From Candidatus Spyradenecus sp. (GTDB lineage Bacteria > Verrucomicrobiota > Verrucomicrobiia > Opitutales > UBA953): a stretch of DNA of 64,000 nucleotides. The notes beneath the pieces are model-generated. The model worked only from the letters and a program-made list of their open reading frames with translations, had not been told where the DNA came from and ran no database searches. Position numbers and translations under genes: made by a program. The stretch lies in assembly GCA_045535075.1 (NCBI GenBank), contig JAZSKX010000013.1, forward strand, positions 1-64,000. The letters are read 5' to 3'. Shown here one piece after another: positions 1-12,600 of the stretch (position 1 is the first letter of the stretch; each line of letters starts with the position of its first letter).

Positions 1-68
1 CCAAAAAACCTGACAATCTCGCAAAAAGCTTATCCGAACGAAAGTCAGTGTCCGCTAAGGCTCTGCGC

Positions 69-743
69 CTATTGCGGAGGAAGCACAACGCGGGCGCGAA
101 AAACGTCCGGATACGGATAGTGCAAAATGTATTTACCGGAAAAATACGAATCGGCAAGAAGCGATTCAAGCTCCACGGTCTTTGCGGGAACGACGCCGAG
201 TGCGTCGGATTCCGGCGCGAGCTCGCCGCCTTTCCAGTAGAGGATGCCGTTGGTGAGGGAATGTTTTTTGCCGGGAGAAATGAGTTTTTTCACCAAACCG
301 AAGAATGCAGGCAGATTCGTTACCGCGCGTCCCGTCACGAAGTCAAAATGTTTGCCGAGTTTTTCGACGCGCCCGACGCGGGTTTCCACGTTTTTGAGTG
401 CGAGTTTTTCGGCGATATCGGAAACGACGAGAATTTTTTTCGCAATCGAATCCATCAGCGTAAAATGTGCGTGCGGATAAAGCACGGCGAGGAGAAGTCC
501 GGGAAAACCGCCGCCGGTGCCGACATCGATGACGCGCGCGCCGTTCATCAGCGTCAGGAACGTTCCCGCCGCAAGGCAGGGCGCGTAGTGGTGCCATTCC
601 AAGTTGTCGATATCTTTGCGGGAAACAAGGTTGATTTTGGCGTTCCACTCGCGGTGAAGCGCCGCCATGGCATTGATTTTTTCCCAAGTTTCCGCAGAAA
701 ATTGCGGGAACGCGGCGCGGAGTTTTTCTAAAGATTCGAGCAT
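69..743 (-). CDS. rsmG: 16S rRNA m7G527 methyltransferase
   Basis: WNAKINLVS, SAM motif IDVGTGGGFPG, DSIAKK, FDFVTGRAV. Confidence 0.93.
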   Translation of the reverse strand: MLESLEKLRAAFPQFSAETWEKINAMAALHREWNAKINLVSRKDIDNLEWHHYAPCLAAGTFLTLMNGARVIDVGTGGGFPGLLLAVLYPHAHFTLMDSIAKKILVVSDIAEKLALKNVETRVGRVEKLGKHFDFVTGRAVTNLPAFFGLVKKLISPGKKHSLTNGILYWKGGELAPESDALGVVPAKTVELESLLADSYFSGKYILHYPYPDVFRARVVLPPQ

Positions 744-759
744 TAAAAAGTTATATCTG

Positions 760-811
760 ATAGCTGATAACGGAAAAGTATTTTACGTATCAACTATCCG
801 TTATCAGCTAT
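760..811. repeat. 15-bp perfect inverted repeat between lpxA and rsmG
   Basis: ATAGCTGATAACGGA (760-774) and TCCGTTATCAGCTAT (797-811). Confidence 0.8.
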
Positions 812-820
812 TCCTTTAAA

Positions 821-1594
821 TTAGTGGCAGCCGCGCTTGGTGCTGCGGTAGAACTCGACGAGTTTTTGAATGTGCGGATTCGCGGCAAGCTCCGGATTTT
901 CCAAAATAGCTTCCATCGCCTGCGTGCGGTTCAAATTCTGGTGGTAAATGATGCGGTGCGCGAGGCGGAGAGCCTTGATATCATCCGCGGCGAAGCCTTT
1001 TCGCTGAAGCGCAACCATGTTGACCATCTTTGCGCTGACGTTTTCCGTGCCTTCGACAATCATGTAAGGCGGCACGTCCTGTACGATGCGGGAACACGCT
1101 GCGAGCATGGCGTAATCGCCGATGCGGCAGAATTGGTGAATGCCCGTTCCCCAGCCGAAATTGACGTGGTCGCCGCAAACAACGTGCCCGGCAAAAGCCG
1201 CCTGCGAGCTCATCACGAGGTGGTTGCCGATGATGCAATCGTGCGCGACGTGCGAGTAGGCGAGAATGTTGTTGTCGTTCCCGAGAGTTGTCCATTCGCC
1301 TTCTTTCGTGCCGCTGTGAACGGTAACGTATTCGCGGAAAACATTGCGGTCGCCGATTTTGGTGCCGACGCGTCCGCCGTCGTGTTTCAAATCCTGCGTT
1401 TTTCCGCCGATGACGGCGAAGGGGAAAACTTCGTTGTTTTCGCCCATTACGGTGTAGCCTTCGACGCAGGCGTGGTGGTGAATTATCGTTCCCGCGCCGA
1501 GCGTAACTTCTCCGCCGACGTAAGCGTAAGCGCCGATTTCGACATTTTCTCCGAGTTGTGCGCCCGGCTCAACGATTGCAGTGGGGTGAATCAT
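821..1594 (-). CDS. lpxA: UDP-N-acetylglucosamine O-acyltransferase
   Basis: MIHPTAIVEPGA start, hexapeptide repeats, HVAHDC, IHQFCRIG, QDVPPY. Confidence 0.96.
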   Translation of the reverse strand: MIHPTAIVEPGAQLGENVEIGAYAYVGGEVTLGAGTIIHHHACVEGYTVMGENNEVFPFAVIGGKTQDLKHDGGRVGTKIGDRNVFREYVTVHSGTKEGEWTTLGNDNNILAYSHVAHDCIIGNHLVMSSQAAFAGHVVCGDHVNFGWGTGIHQFCRIGDYAMLAACSRIVQDVPPYMIVEGTENVSAKMVNMVALQRKGFAADDIKALRLAHRIIYHQNLNRTQAMEAILENPELAANPHIQKLVEFYRSTKRGCH

Positions 1595-1733
1595 TTTTTG
1601 AAAGATTAAAGGTTAAAGTTTAAAGATCAAAGAAAGTGAGAGCTTAGAGGTATTTGCTTTAAGGGAATTTTGAAGTTCTAATTTCTTCTTCGGTAATATC
1701 CCTCAGCTCTAAGCTATCGCTTCTCAACTTTCT

Positions 1734-3062
1734 TCAGTATTTCGGCGCGGGCGTGAGCGTGAACATCACGTCGGCGGAGGAAACGACTTCTTCTCCGACG
1801 CGGCATTCGGCGGATGCGGCGACGATTTTGTTCCCGCGGTTTTTCGTGATTTTGGCGGAGATGATGACCTGATCGCCCGGCGTAACCGGCTTGCGGAACT
1901 TTACTTTGTCCGCACTCATAAAGAAGCAGACATTGCCTTCGATACTTGCTTTGGAAAGGAGAAGCAAGCCGGAAACCTGCGCCATGGCTTCGAGCTGAAG
2001 CACGCCCGGCATGACGGGATTGCCCGGGAAGTGTCCTTGGAAAAACGGTTCGTTAATCGTTACGTTTTTCACCGCCGTGATTTCCTGTGCTTCGTGATCG
2101 ATATTCAAAACGCGATCGACGAGTGCAAAGGGATAGCGGTGCGGGACGAGGTTCAGGACTTGGCGAATATCGAGAGTGGTTGCATCGGGTTCGATAACGA
2201 GCTTTGCCGGCTCGATTTTTTTCTTCGGCGTGAGCATTTGCTCGCGAATTTTTGCAGAGAGCTTGGCGTTGAGCGCGTGCCCGGTGCGCACGGCGATGAT
2301 GTGCGCCTTAATCGGTGCGCCGATAAGTACGATGTCGCCGACCAAGTCCATAATTTTGTGGCGGACGAATTCGTCCTTAAAGCGAAGCGGTTCCTTGGAA
2401 ATGATTTTGTCTCCGCGGATGACGATGGCAGAGTCGAGCGAGCCGCCTTGAATCAAACCGGCTTTGAGAAGCGGCTCAATATCTTCGTAAATCGTGAACG
2501 TGCGCGCCGGCGAGAGCATTGCTTCGTAGATTTCCGGCGAAACGTCGATGGTGAGGTGTTGCGTGTGCACGCCGCGATCGTCGGCGGAGGTGCAGGTAAT
2601 GCGCAAGCCGTCGTGCGGGAGCGCGATGATGGAGCGGTTCCCGTCGACGATGGAAACGGGTTCTTTGAGTTCGAAATATTTGCGGTCCTTATCCTGCTCG
2701 ACAATGCCGGCTTCCTGGATGAGCAACACATAGGGGCGCGCGGAACCGTCGAGAATCGGCGGCTCGGATTCGTTCATTTCGACATAGCAATTATCGACGC
2801 CCATTCCGTTGAGTGCGGAATTGATGTGCTCAATCGTATGAAGCTTGATGTGGTTTTGCTCGACGGTGGTCTGGCGTTGCATTTCGGAGCCGAGTACCAA
2901 ATCCGCGACGGGGCGCAATTCGGGTTTCCCGTAAAGATCGACGCGGCGGAAAACAATACCCGTATCGACGGGAGCCGGCTTAATGGTGAGGGTTACGTCT
3001 TTGCCGGAATGGAGCGCTTTCCCGCGAACGGAAGCTTCTTTTTGGATTGTGCGTTGTTTCAT
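1734..3062 (-). CDS. lpxC/fabZ: bifunctional LpxC deacetylase / FabZ dehydratase
   Basis: Start revised to MKQRTI (ATG 3062); LpxC TIEH, PILDGSA, ARTF, HKIMD; Fab[26 protein letters not shown]. Confidence 0.95.
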   Translation of the reverse strand: MKQRTIQKEASVRGKALHSGKDVTLTIKPAPVDTGIVFRRVDLYGKPELRPVADLVLGSEMQRQTTVEQNHIKLHTIEHINSALNGMGVDNCYVEMNESEPPILDGSARPYVLLIQEAGIVEQDKDRKYFELKEPVSIVDGNRSIIALPHDGLRITCTSADDRGVHTQHLTIDVSPEIYEAMLSPARTFTIYEDIEPLLKAGLIQGGSLDSAIVIRGDKIISKEPLRFKDEFVRHKIMDLVGDIVLIGAPIKAHIIAVRTGHALNAKLSAKIREQMLTPKKKIEPAKLVIEPDATTLDIRQVLNLVPHRYPFALVDRVLNIDHEAQEITAVKNVTINEPFFQGHFPGNPVMPGVLQLEAMAQVSGLLLLSKASIEGNVCFFMSADKVKFRKPVTPGDQVIISAKITKNRGNKIVAASAECRVGEEVVSSADVMFTLTPAPKY

Positions 3063-3140
3063 AAAAACGTTGCTTGTTAGGGTTTCCCCAAATATGACAA
3101 AAAGTATTCCTGCTGTAAAGCAACGAAGCAGGGCGAGGGC

Positions 3141-3176
3141 AATAAAAAACGTTCCCGTAGGTGAGTACGGGAACGT
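3141..3176 (-). terminator. intrinsic terminator after OPT gene built from inverted CGGGAAC motifs
   Basis: ACGTTCCCGTA-ggtgag-TACGGGAACGT stem, TTTTTATT on minus strand. Confidence 0.75.
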
Positions 3177-3201
3177 CGGAGGTTTAAATCCGGTACCGGA
3201 A

Positions 3202-5304
3202 TTAGCTTCCGGAAGCGAGGATTGCCGTTGCCGCCATTGCTGCGAGTGCGCAGGCGATGGATTCGCCGCCGACCAAACCGGATGCGAGCGCGACCGAGTA
3301 GTTTTCTTCGCTTTTTTGGTGGAGCTTGTTCCAAAGCCAAATGCCGATCGCGCCGATTGCGAAGGATGCGGCATTGTTGAACGCAGCCGGAAGCGTCAGA
3401 ACAATCCCCATCCCCATGGCAGACGGCATATACGGGCGGAATTTCGGAAGGAGTTTTTCCAAAATCGGAATCGCGATGCCGATGATTGCGCCGATAGACA
3501 TTGCCCAGTAAACCGTCGTCGGGAGAGACATGGAGGCATCGTTCAAAAATTCGGCTACGGCTTTCCACATACGAGCGGGAGGCGCCGCGTAGTTTTCATC
3601 CAAAACTTTAGCGTTCGGGACGAGCAGTTTCCAAATCGGGTAGGCGATTATCGTTCCGATACAAATTGCGAGCAACTGCGTCCAGAATTGAATACGCGGT
3701 TTCAAGCCGAGCAGGTTTCCGAGTTTCATGTCGGACATGAGGTCGCCCGACGCGCCGCCGGCAGCTGCCGTTACGCCCCCGGTGATAAGATTTGTGCTGA
3801 CGTTCCCGCGTGCGCCCGGCATCACGGAATAAATGAGCTGGGAAATTTTCCCCATAGCTCCGATCGGATTCGTGTCGGCTTCGCCGCAGGAGCGCGCGCA
3901 AATTAAGCCGAACGCGCCCGCAAGAAAGATTGCGAGAACACCGAGATACCACGCCGTGTTAAACGCAAAGTGGAGCGTAACAATCAAGCCGATTGCCGAA
4001 GGAATTACACCGATGATAAACCATTTCATCGGGACTTCGACGTCGGCGACGGGATCGTCGGCGTTCGCGTTTTGCGCTGCGTTCTTGCCCGGGAAGAGCC
4101 CCGAAAACGCGCGTCCGATGGTGCGCCATTGGAATGCCAAGGCCGTAAAGCTCGACATCACCATGATAGCGGTTCCCATCCAAAGCGACCAGTAAACGAC
4201 GCGGAAGTTGCCGAATGTGCCGTCCGGATTTACGGTTACTTCAATATTGCGGAAGATGTCCGTTCCCGCGTTCAAAATATCCTGAGAAATCAGCCACGGT
4301 GCGATCACCCAGTCCAAGGCAATTGCCGTGAAGAACATCGTCAGCGAAACGCGCAATCCGCAGAGCATTCCCGCGCCGATGAGCAAAACGGACGCGTCGA
4401 GCGAAACGCCCGGAAGATTGGCTTTGTCGTCAACGATTGCTTTTACGCCTTTATCGGATACGACAGTTGATCCTTGGATGCCGCCCCAGATTTTGAGCGG
4501 GTTGAGGAAGGCGGGAAGGTCGATGACCTCCGGGATAAACGCAAGACGTGTGCAGAAATCGGAGATTTTTTCGCTGCCCGTTTCCTTGAACGCCGCCGCC
4601 AGTGTCGGAAGCTGTTTGATGATGCCGAGTACCGCTGCGAAGCCGAGCGCACTGAGGAGCGTGCGCACTTTATTTTTGGTGACGGCGCTTCCGCTATCCG
4701 CGTAGAGCGATTTCAGCGTTTCTGCGGAAGCGATTGCGCTCGGGAAGCGGAGACGCTCCTGATTGATGAGCGCGCGTTTCATGGGAACTGCGAGGCAGGT
4801 GCCGAGCATGGCGCTGAAAAACAGCGTCGGAACCATCTTATACCACGGCGCGGGGCCGACCAGTTCGGGCGCTAGCCCGGAAGTGCTGAGTTCCAAAAGC
4901 ATCAATGCCCCGAAGGCGGAGACGACGGTGTGCGTCGTTGTCATTCCCGTCACGGAAGCGACGGACGAGGTTGCCGCATTTTCCAAAACACCCATCGGCT
5001 TGATGCGACCGCCCGAGAGCGAGCGCATGGCGTTAAACACGACGAAAGAAAGGATAACTGCAACAAGGGCGATCCCGAAGCCCCAGCCGATTTTCAGCGA
5101 GGTGTACATGCTCGACGCGCACGCGAGAATCCCGATTAGCCCGCCGAAAATTGCGCCGCGGAGCGTCAATTGCGGTTCTTTATCCGCGCGGTAAATGTGC
5201 TTGCGCCAATAGGCATCGCGCTGTTCCGGCGGAATCCTGTCCAAAGCGAACACGGATGTATCGACTTCCGGTTCGATAGGGTTAGTAGTCTGATTTTTGC
5301 TCAT
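3202..5304 (-). CDS. OPT family oligopeptide transporter
   Basis: [53 protein letters not shown]; many TM segments. Confidence 0.9.
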   Translation of the reverse strand: MSKNQTTNPIEPEVDTSVFALDRIPPEQRDAYWRKHIYRADKEPQLTLRGAIFGGLIGILACASSMYTSLKIGWGFGIALVAVILSFVVFNAMRSLSGGRIKPMGVLENAATSSVASVTGMTTTHTVVSAFGALMLLELSTSGLAPELVGPAPWYKMVPTLFFSAMLGTCLAVPMKRALINQERLRFPSAIASAETLKSLYADSGSAVTKNKVRTLLSALGFAAVLGIIKQLPTLAAAFKETGSEKISDFCTRLAFIPEVIDLPAFLNPLKIWGGIQGSTVVSDKGVKAIVDDKANLPGVSLDASVLLIGAGMLCGLRVSLTMFFTAIALDWVIAPWLISQDILNAGTDIFRNIEVTVNPDGTFGNFRVVYWSLWMGTAIMVMSSFTALAFQWRTIGRAFSGLFPGKNAAQNANADDPVADVEVPMKWFIIGVIPSAIGLIVTLHFAFNTAWYLGVLAIFLAGAFGLICARSCGEADTNPIGAMGKISQLIYSVMPGARGNVSTNLITGGVTAAAGGASGDLMSDMKLGNLLGLKPRIQFWTQLLAICIGTIIAYPIWKLLVPNAKVLDENYAAPPARMWKAVAEFLNDASMSLPTTVYWAMSIGAIIGIAIPILEKLLPKFRPYMPSAMGMGIVLTLPAAFNNAASFAIGAIGIWLWNKLHQKSEENYSVALASGLVGGESIACALAAMAATAILASGS

Positions 5305-5396
5305 AAGCCGCCCAATATGGCAGTTTTATCTTTCGGGGGCAAAAAGTTTTTTCAGGCAGTTTCGTGCATGACGTTCCCGCGAGGTACGTCGCATAC

Positions 5397-5442
5397 AAAA
5401 AATCCCGGAAGCGGCGGGCAATGCCGACTTCCGGGATTTTTT
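5397..5442 (-). terminator. intrinsic terminator after rpoD
   Basis: AAAAAATCCCGGAAG...CTTCCGGGATTTTTT inverted repeat 15 nt past the stop. Confidence 0.8.
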
Positions 5443-5456
5443 CAGAAGACACGAAA

Positions 5457-7646
5457 CTAAAGGAGTCCGTCTTCCTTGGCGAATTGATTGAAGCTCGGTC
5501 CCGAGACATCTTGGTCGCCGTTTTCGAAGAAGCCGTGGAGTTGGCGGAGGCGCACCGGATGGCGCATTTTCCGGAGAGCTTTGGCTTCAATTTGGCGGAT
5601 GCGTTCCCGCGTAACATTGAAGAGCTTTCCGACTTCTTCGAGGGTGCGTGAATAGCCGTCTTTCAGTCCGAAGCGGTAGATGAGAACTTCGCGTTCCCGT
5701 TCCGTCAGCGAATTGAGCACTTGGATGATTTTTTCACGGAGCAGGGCGGTAGCGGCAATGTCATAAGGATTTTCTGCCGCCTTGTCTTCGATGAAATCGC
5801 CGAAGCTTGTATCGTCGCCGTCGCCGACCGGGCTTTGGAGCGAAATCGGTTGTTGCGCCATTTTCATGATTTGTTGGACGCGTTCGACCGGCATTTGCAT
5901 TTCGTTCGCGACTTCTTCCGGCGTCGGTTCATGTCCGAGTTCCTGGAAAAGTTGCTTTTGAATTTGCATGACCTTGTTGAGAGTTTCGATCATGTGCACG
6001 GGAATGCGAATTGTGCGTGCCTGGTCGGCAATGGAGCGCGTGATTGCTTGGCGGATCCACCATGTTGCGTAAGTCGAAAACTTGTATCCGCGGCGGTACT
6101 CAAATTTTTCAACCGCTTTCATCAGCCCCATGTTACCTTCCTGAATGAGGTCGAGGAAGGAAAGTCCGCGGTTTGTGTATTTTTTTGCGATGGAAATGAC
6201 AAGCCGCAAGTTGGCTTCGACCATGTTTGTTTTCGCACGGTGGGCTTGTTGAAGGCAGGTGCGAACTTCTTTATAAATTTCCAAAATTTCTTCGCTCCCG
6301 ATGCGATATTGTTTTTCCAGCGCTTTGACCTTGCCGGTAATTTCCTTCGGGTCGAGTTTGCGTGCGTGGCGGTCCTTTCGCTCAATCAGATGGAGCTGAT
6401 AAACGTATTCGCGGAACGTGTCGATAATCGGCTTGAATGTTACCAACCATTCTTCGAGCACTTTCATTTTAAAGCAGAACTTGCGCAGAAGCGGGCGAAT
6501 GTCTTTTTGCAATTTAATAAAACGTGCGTACCCGCGGCGGCGCGTTTCTTCGTTGGACCCGCCGATGTATTCCATCCACGCTTTGTCGAGCTTGGCGGAA
6601 ATCGCTTCGACGGCGGCAATCGCCTTAGGAAGCATTTTGTAATAGGCGTCGCGGGATTCGACCTTTTTATCCAGGACGACGCGATCAAAACGCTCTTCAC
6701 GCGCATTGAGGCGGCGAGCGACTTCGAGTTGCGGCGCAAGGGTCAGCCAAATTGAGCAAAGCGCGTCCTGCGCTTTCGATTCCGCTTCTTCGATGCTCTT
6801 TGAAATTGAAATTTCCTGGTCTCGGTTCAAGAGCGGAACCTGTCCCATCTGGCGCAGATACATGCGAACCGGGTCGTCGAGAATGTCAACCTGTACGGAG
6901 CGCAAGGCTTCTTCTTCTTCCGTGCTCAGTTTTGTCTTGTACGCCGCGACATCTTCGTTTTCGAGAATTTTGATGTCGAGGTTGGCGAGAAGGTCGAGAA
7001 TCTTTTCAAAGGCTTCCGGCGACGAAGTCGTCGCGGGAATCGTGTTATTGATGTCCTCAATCGTGACGTAGCCCTGTTGGTTGGAGAGAGCACGCAGATC
7101 ATGCATGCGGGCGTTGATTTCATTTTGATCCATCGTCGCGATGACAGAGGAATCAAAATGTGTTTTTTCGGAAATTTCCCGGATTTTCTGTGCGTCTTCC
7201 CGTTGCTTTTTTTGCTGTTTGGCAAGCTCGGCAGAGCTCAGAACCGGCGAACGATCCGGCGCGTATTTAACTTCGCCGATAATCTTTTTCTCCGGTTTGG
7301 GAGCTTTTTCTTTCGGGGCAGGTGCCGGTTTTTTCGCCGGAGGCGTTTTCTTGGTTACCTTCTTTTTTGCGGGTGCCGCGGCGTTCTTAGGCGCGGGTTT
7401 CTTGGAAGCGGAAACCTTAGACGGAGCTTTTTTGCTAACCGGTTTCGCCGGAGCTTTTTTTGCGGGAACGGGCTTTTTCCCGACAGTTTTTTTCGCGGGA
7501 GCGACCGATTTCTTGGAAGATGCTTTGGGGGTCGCGGCTACTTTTGTAGCAACTTTGGATTTCGGAGCGGGGGCTTTTTTTGCGGGAACAGTTTTAGCGG
7601 GGGTGCGCGCGTTTGCCGCTTTTTTTACCTTTTTTTTATCTGCCAT
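5457..7646 (-). CDS. rpoD: primary sigma factor sigma-70
   Basis: [55 protein letters not shown]; downstream of dnaG. Confidence 0.97.
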   Translation of the reverse strand: MADKKKVKKAANARTPAKTVPAKKAPAPKSKVATKVAATPKASSKKSVAPAKKTVGKKPVPAKKAPAKPVSKKAPSKVSASKKPAPKNAAAPAKKKVTKKTPPAKKPAPAPKEKAPKPEKKIIGEVKYAPDRSPVLSSAELAKQQKKQREDAQKIREISEKTHFDSSVIATMDQNEINARMHDLRALSNQQGYVTIEDINNTIPATTSSPEAFEKILDLLANLDIKILENEDVAAYKTKLSTEEEEALRSVQVDILDDPVRMYLRQMGQVPLLNRDQEISISKSIEEAESKAQDALCSIWLTLAPQLEVARRLNAREERFDRVVLDKKVESRDAYYKMLPKAIAAVEAISAKLDKAWMEYIGGSNEETRRRGYARFIKLQKDIRPLLRKFCFKMKVLEEWLVTFKPIIDTFREYVYQLHLIERKDRHARKLDPKEITGKVKALEKQYRIGSEEILEIYKEVRTCLQQAHRAKTNMVEANLRLVISIAKKYTNRGLSFLDLIQEGNMGLMKAVEKFEYRRGYKFSTYATWWIRQAITRSIADQARTIRIPVHMIETLNKVMQIQKQLFQELGHEPTPEEVANEMQMPVERVQQIMKMAQQPISLQSPVGDGDDTSFGDFIEDKAAENPYDIAATALLREKIIQVLNSLTEREREVLIYRFGLKDGYSRTLEEVGKLFNVTRERIRQIEAKALRKMRHPVRLRQLHGFFENGDQDVSGPSFNQFAKEDGLL

Positions 7647-7666
7647 GATGAGGTGGGTCGTATTGT

Positions 7667-9529
7667 TTATTTCTTATAAAGTCTTAGAGTGTTGCGCAAT
7701 TCTTTACTTCGCCGAAAAAGCTCAGCGAGTTGCGGATCTCCGGGAGCCAGGCGCGAGATTGCAGCGTCGATTTTCTGCTGTTCCCGTGCGCAATAATGTT
7801 CGCAGAGGCGGGCAATACATTGACGAGCCGTTTCTTCCGGGGAGGAAATGCGGCGGACGTGCATCGAAAGTTTGGCAACATAGGAGCGTTCTTCATCGCT
7901 TTCCAGAATTGCGGGAAGAGAATCTTTCGGATTTTTCCAATTACCTTCCGAATATTCCGCAATAATGCGGTTGAGAATGCGCCCTGCGGGACTTTTCGAA
8001 CAAATCCATTCCGGCAGAACGTCGTTCGCGAGTTGAGAGAGAAGCGCATCATATTGAAAAACAAAAATTAAGACATCCTCCTCAAGCGTTGTCAAGGGGA
8101 GGCTTGAGTGCGGAAGCGTGTTTCCGGCGCCTGCGGGAACGCCTTCCCGTTCAAGTTTCCGCGATTTTCTTTCATTCAAAAACCGCTGAAAATCACGTTC
8201 CAAATCTACGCGTTGCAAGCCTGAATATCGCGCAAGCTCCCACAGGCATTCCGTGCGGAAAACTCGTGAGCTTGCGGCGGATAAAATTTCGTAAATTTCA
8301 TTCAAGGCTTCTTGTTTTTGCACGGGTGTAAGCGACGCATTTCCGCCGAAATATCTTTCCGCAATGAAGGAAATCGCCGAGCGCTTGCTCGCAAAAATCG
8401 CTTCCGCTCCCGAAGGTCCGCGTTCGGAGAGAAATTCGTCCGGGTCTTTCCCGCCGGGAACGCTCAGGAAACGCAAATCCAAACCGGCTTCAAACGCAAG
8501 CGGGGCGAGGCGAATCGCCGCTTTTTGCCCGGCGGCATCCGCGTCAAGCAGGCAATTCAACTCATTGCTGTAGCGCGCCAACAATTGGAGTTGTTGTAGG
8601 GTGATTGACGTGCCTTGTCCGGCAACTGCCGTTTTGATTCCGTTGACGTAGCAACGGATTGCGTCCAGTTGACCTTCGACCAAAACAAAGGGAATTTCCC
8701 GCAGGTTGTGCCCCTTGTCCTTCTGCGTGCGATCCGTAAAGATTTCTTTTGCTTTGTCGATGTTGAAAAGTGTGTTGCCTTTTTTGAAAACTTCCGATTC
8801 CGAGGAATTTTTATACTTCGCGTCTTCCCAAGGAGTATCCGGCGTAATTCCCGGAATTTTTCGCGCCGTAAACGCGATGACGCGCCCTTGAATATCGCGA
8901 ATCGGAATAATCAGCCGCGACTCGAATTGAATACGGGATGCTTGCAACGGAACAGGCTTTTCCGGGCGACCGAACATCCCGGAGGCGAGGATACTTTGCT
9001 CCGAAAATCCCTTTTTTTTCAAGAGGTCAATCAGTTTGCGAGAGCCTCCTTTAGGGAGAAATCCGATGCCGAATTCCCGCGCGGTTGCTTCGTCGAAGCC
9101 GCGTTCTTGTGTCCAATAATTCCGAATTTCCCATGCGGCGGGAGCATGAAATTGTTCTTCAAAAAAGTGTGCGGCGAATTTGTTGATTTCAAAAAGCTCG
9201 TTGCGGATCGAGTGCTCGGCGTTCCCGTGAGTTTCGTATTCGACGGGAAGCCCGAAGCGCTGGGCAACGCGTTCGACGGCTTCGGGAAAAGTCAGATTTT
9301 CCCGCGTCATCAGAAATTTGAAAATGTCGCCCCCTTGTCCTGTGCTGAAGCAGTAGTAAAAACCTTTGTCGGGATCGACGAAAAACGAAGGCGTTTTTTC
9401 TGCAGTAAACGGGCTCAAGCCCTTCCAGCGCGAGCCGGAACGCGTCAGATTCGTATAGTCTCCGATTAGCGCGACAATATCTGCGCGGGAACGAATATCT
9501 TCAACGGATCTTTGTGAGATGAGCGGCAT
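7667..9529 (-). CDS. dnaG: DNA primase
   Basis: N-terminal Zn-finger-like domain ([20 protein letters not shown]), AKYKNS, TOPRIM LVEGQLD and LDADAAG, KDPDE. Confidence 0.95.
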   Translation of the reverse strand: MPLISQRSVEDIRSRADIVALIGDYTNLTRSGSRWKGLSPFTAEKTPSFFVDPDKGFYYCFSTGQGGDIFKFLMTRENLTFPEAVERVAQRFGLPVEYETHGNAEHSIRNELFEINKFAAHFFEEQFHAPAAWEIRNYWTQERGFDEATAREFGIGFLPKGGSRKLIDLLKKKGFSEQSILASGMFGRPEKPVPLQASRIQFESRLIIPIRDIQGRVIAFTARKIPGITPDTPWEDAKYKNSSESEVFKKGNTLFNIDKAKEIFTDRTQKDKGHNLREIPFVLVEGQLDAIRCYVNGIKTAVAGQGTSITLQQLQLLARYSNELNCLLDADAAGQKAAIRLAPLAFEAGLDLRFLSVPGGKDPDEFLSERGPSGAEAIFASKRSAISFIAERYFGGNASLTPVQKQEALNEIYEILSAASSRVFRTECLWELARYSGLQRVDLERDFQRFLNERKSRKLEREGVPAGAGNTLPHSSLPLTTLEEDVLIFVFQYDALLSQLANDVLPEWICSKSPAGRILNRIIAEYSEGNWKNPKDSLPAILESDEERSYVAKLSMHVRRISSPEETARQCIARLCEHYCAREQQKIDAAISRLAPGDPQLAELFRRSKELRNTLRLYKK

Positions 9530-9600
9530 CGAGTGTTGTAAATCGCAAGAGCATAAGTTTGCCGGCTTTCGGAATCAAGCACGGCTTTCCTCCGTAACGC

Positions 9601-12600
9601 TCATTTCTTTTTCTTGGGTTGCGGAAACAGGGTTGCAATTTCCCGGGCAAACTCGAAGACGTTCCCGCGGACGGCATCGGCGCACGCGGCGGGAACGGCG
9701 GATCCGAAAAGAAATTCACGGAACGGGCGCGCGAAATCTTCGCTTTTACCGGCTTCGTCCGAAAATTTTTTTAAAAATGTGTCTGCATCATCGCTTTCTG
9801 GAAGTGGCATACCTGCGAAAAACGGCGGCGGATTTTCCATGCCTTCAAAAAATCGCCGAAGCAGTTTCAGAGCCAATTTGTCGGGAATTGCATCGGAATC
9901 GATTTTGAGGACGGAGTCTTGCTTCCGGGAAACAAAATTCGGGTGGAGGGCGATGAAAGTGAATTTCGTTTCCGGAATGGCTTCCTTAATGAATGCGGCG
10001 TAGACGGCGGCATGGATTTTGAATTCCCATGCCGTCGAATAAACTCGCGGGAACGATTTTACGCAGCAAAACGCTTCATCCGCGTCCCGCAATGTGTCGA
10101 ATTCGAGGCGGACAGTCACGCCGCTCGGGAATGCTTTTGCGTCCGCTTCAAATTTGAGCGTTCGGGCAACGGGCGTACTTTTTTCCGTCGGCAAAAATTC
10201 TTTTCCGAGCGTTTGTGCCCAAGTGTACTGATTCCGTTTAAAGTACTTGAGCCTTAGATTATCGTCGACGGCAAGCGATTCCGTTTCGCAGTTTACGGGA
10301 AAATCCCCGCTTGCTTTTTTTTGTCGAACCGTTTTCCCGAGAGCTTCCAGCATGGATTCAACAATTTCGTTTTGCCTTTCGACTCCCGGTGCGGAAAGCG
10401 CGCCAAGCCCGAGGCCTACCAGTTGCGGGAAGAGTTGCTTGGTCTTGACTTTCGCCGATTCCGGGTCGGCATCGGAAATTGCTTTATCTTTCCATGCCTG
10501 CATTAAGCGCAGGCGGTTTTCGCAAAAAAATTTCGCCGGTTCCGAAAGAAATTCCGCGATTTGGTCTGCCGTGAGCGAAGAAAACATTTCGTGTTCCCGT
10601 GGGCTGAGTTCGAGACCTTTATTTCCGAGGAAAGGCGGGCGCCATTGTTGCTTTTCGGAGGATGCGCCTGAGAGTTTTTCCGTTTCCGGACTTTGCGGTC
10701 CGTGCTCGAAGAAAAAATGCCTGAGCGCGTCAACGGCGGCTTTTTCCCGTGCCTCTCCGGAAAAATGTTGCGGAATGAGCGTTTCAACGGCTTCGTCGAT
10801 GAATTTTGAAAGCGGTGTGCACGGATGAATGACAAAATTGTTTTTTGCGTTTCGTCCGATGTATGAAAATCTTAAATACGTTTTTGCCGCAAGCACGGCT
10901 TCGAGAAGAAGCAGGCAGTCTTCGTCGCGCGGCGTGCGATCCCATTCGAGCACGCCGGGCCATTGAGCGATGAGGTCGAGCGCAGATTTTTGGGCAGGGC
11001 GCGGGAACTCTCCCGGGTTCATTCCCGCGATGTAAATCGCTTTGGCGGGAATATTTCGCAGCGGCTGAAGTCGGCAAAATGTAATTTTGCCGCGTAGCAT
11101 TCCCGCGCCGTGGCGGCTTTCCCAAGAACGATTTTCGAGCATCTGAACGACGGTCTTCAGCTCTACTTCAAGGTCGCCGATTCCGGCATTTTCTGCTGCT
11201 TGGCGGACGGAGTCGATTGCGTCCGCGAGCATTGCCGATTCCTCGATTTCGTCATCCGAAAATTCAAAAAGAGTGTCCGCCAAATCGCATTTCAGGAAGC
11301 GACACCACTCGGCGACACTTTTTTTGTTCCCGGAATAATGAGCGGCGATTGTCGTGGCGGCTTCAAAAACGCGGAAAAATTTTCCGAGCAATTCGGCGAC
11401 ATTTTCCGGAAGATTTTCCGAGGGAAGGATTTCCCGGTTGTCTCCGAATGAAAGCGGCTCCTCGGTTTCAGAAAATGAAGTTTCCGTCATCACGCCGAGT
11501 GCACAGCGCCGCAGCCCGAAGCGCCAAGAATGATTGTACGCAGCGCGGGAACACGCATCGGAATCTTCCGGAAGCGCATCGGCGGACTCAAAAAACCTGC
11601 GCTCGCGGGAACTCGCGTCGGCTCCCCAGCGCAGATTGGACGCAATCAGGATTTTTCGCAGGAGGCGGACATCGTCTTCGTCGAGTTTGAGCGCACGCGT
11701 AAGCGCTTCGGAATCAAAAAGCTCGCTGATCTCGGAAAGCCGCATTTCGCCTTGTGCGATTTTTAACAGCGACAAAAATGCCGTTATTCCGCCGAAGCGC
11801 GCCGCATCTGCGCTGTCTGCGAGAGAAAACGGGAACTCGCTGTCGCCGAAAACGGTTCGGATAAACGGCGCATAGGCCTCAATGTCGGGAAGCATGACGA
11901 GAATGTCGCGCGGACGGATTGCGGGATCGCGCGCCGTCAAATCGCGCAAATCATCGCGAAGGATTTCCATTTCCCGCATCCGCGAATGTGCGGCATGGAT
12001 GCGCAACGAAACGCAGCCTTCCGCAGGCGGGAACGCGGCGGCAAATAAATCGTCTTCCGCAGGGGCGTCTTCGCGAACGATGTTTTCTCGAATGTCTGCC
12101 TGCAGGCGATGAAGCAGGGAATCGCGTTCGGGCGCTTGGTCGAGATTTTCTCCGTTGCCGAGCAGGTTGCATTCGATGAGCCCGTTTGCGAGCGCGCGCG
12201 CGGCTTTTCCCCAGGAGGTCAGCATCTCGTTCCCGCGTTCGGCGGATTCGGGCTTGGCGAGATTGCTTTTTTGATTGCGGCTTTCGACCCAGAAGTTTTC
12301 GGAAAGATTGTGGTAATAGAAAAGGATCGGCGTGTGCTCCGAGAGCTTTTTCAGCATCTCAAAGTGGGTTTTCGGGAGCGCTGTCGGTGCAAATACAAAA
12401 AGCCTTTTCGGAAGATTTTCTGTATTTATCTTGTAATTACCTTCGTAAAAATTCCGGTAGCGCATGGCGGGAATTTCATCATCGCGCAAGGCGAGTTTTT
12501 GCCAGAGATTTTTTTGCCGGGCGTACTCGAACTTGAAAGTTTCGCTAGCGTTGGAAAGCTCCGGAATGTCCTCACCGCGTGTCCACGCGACAATCATTTC

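Noticed and set aside
3063..3374. N-terminal extensions of ORF-track calls (lpxC, MmeI-like, pilin, comF, exonuclease, SDR)
   Set aside because: They overlap neighbouring genes or terminators; family-typical starts lie downstream.
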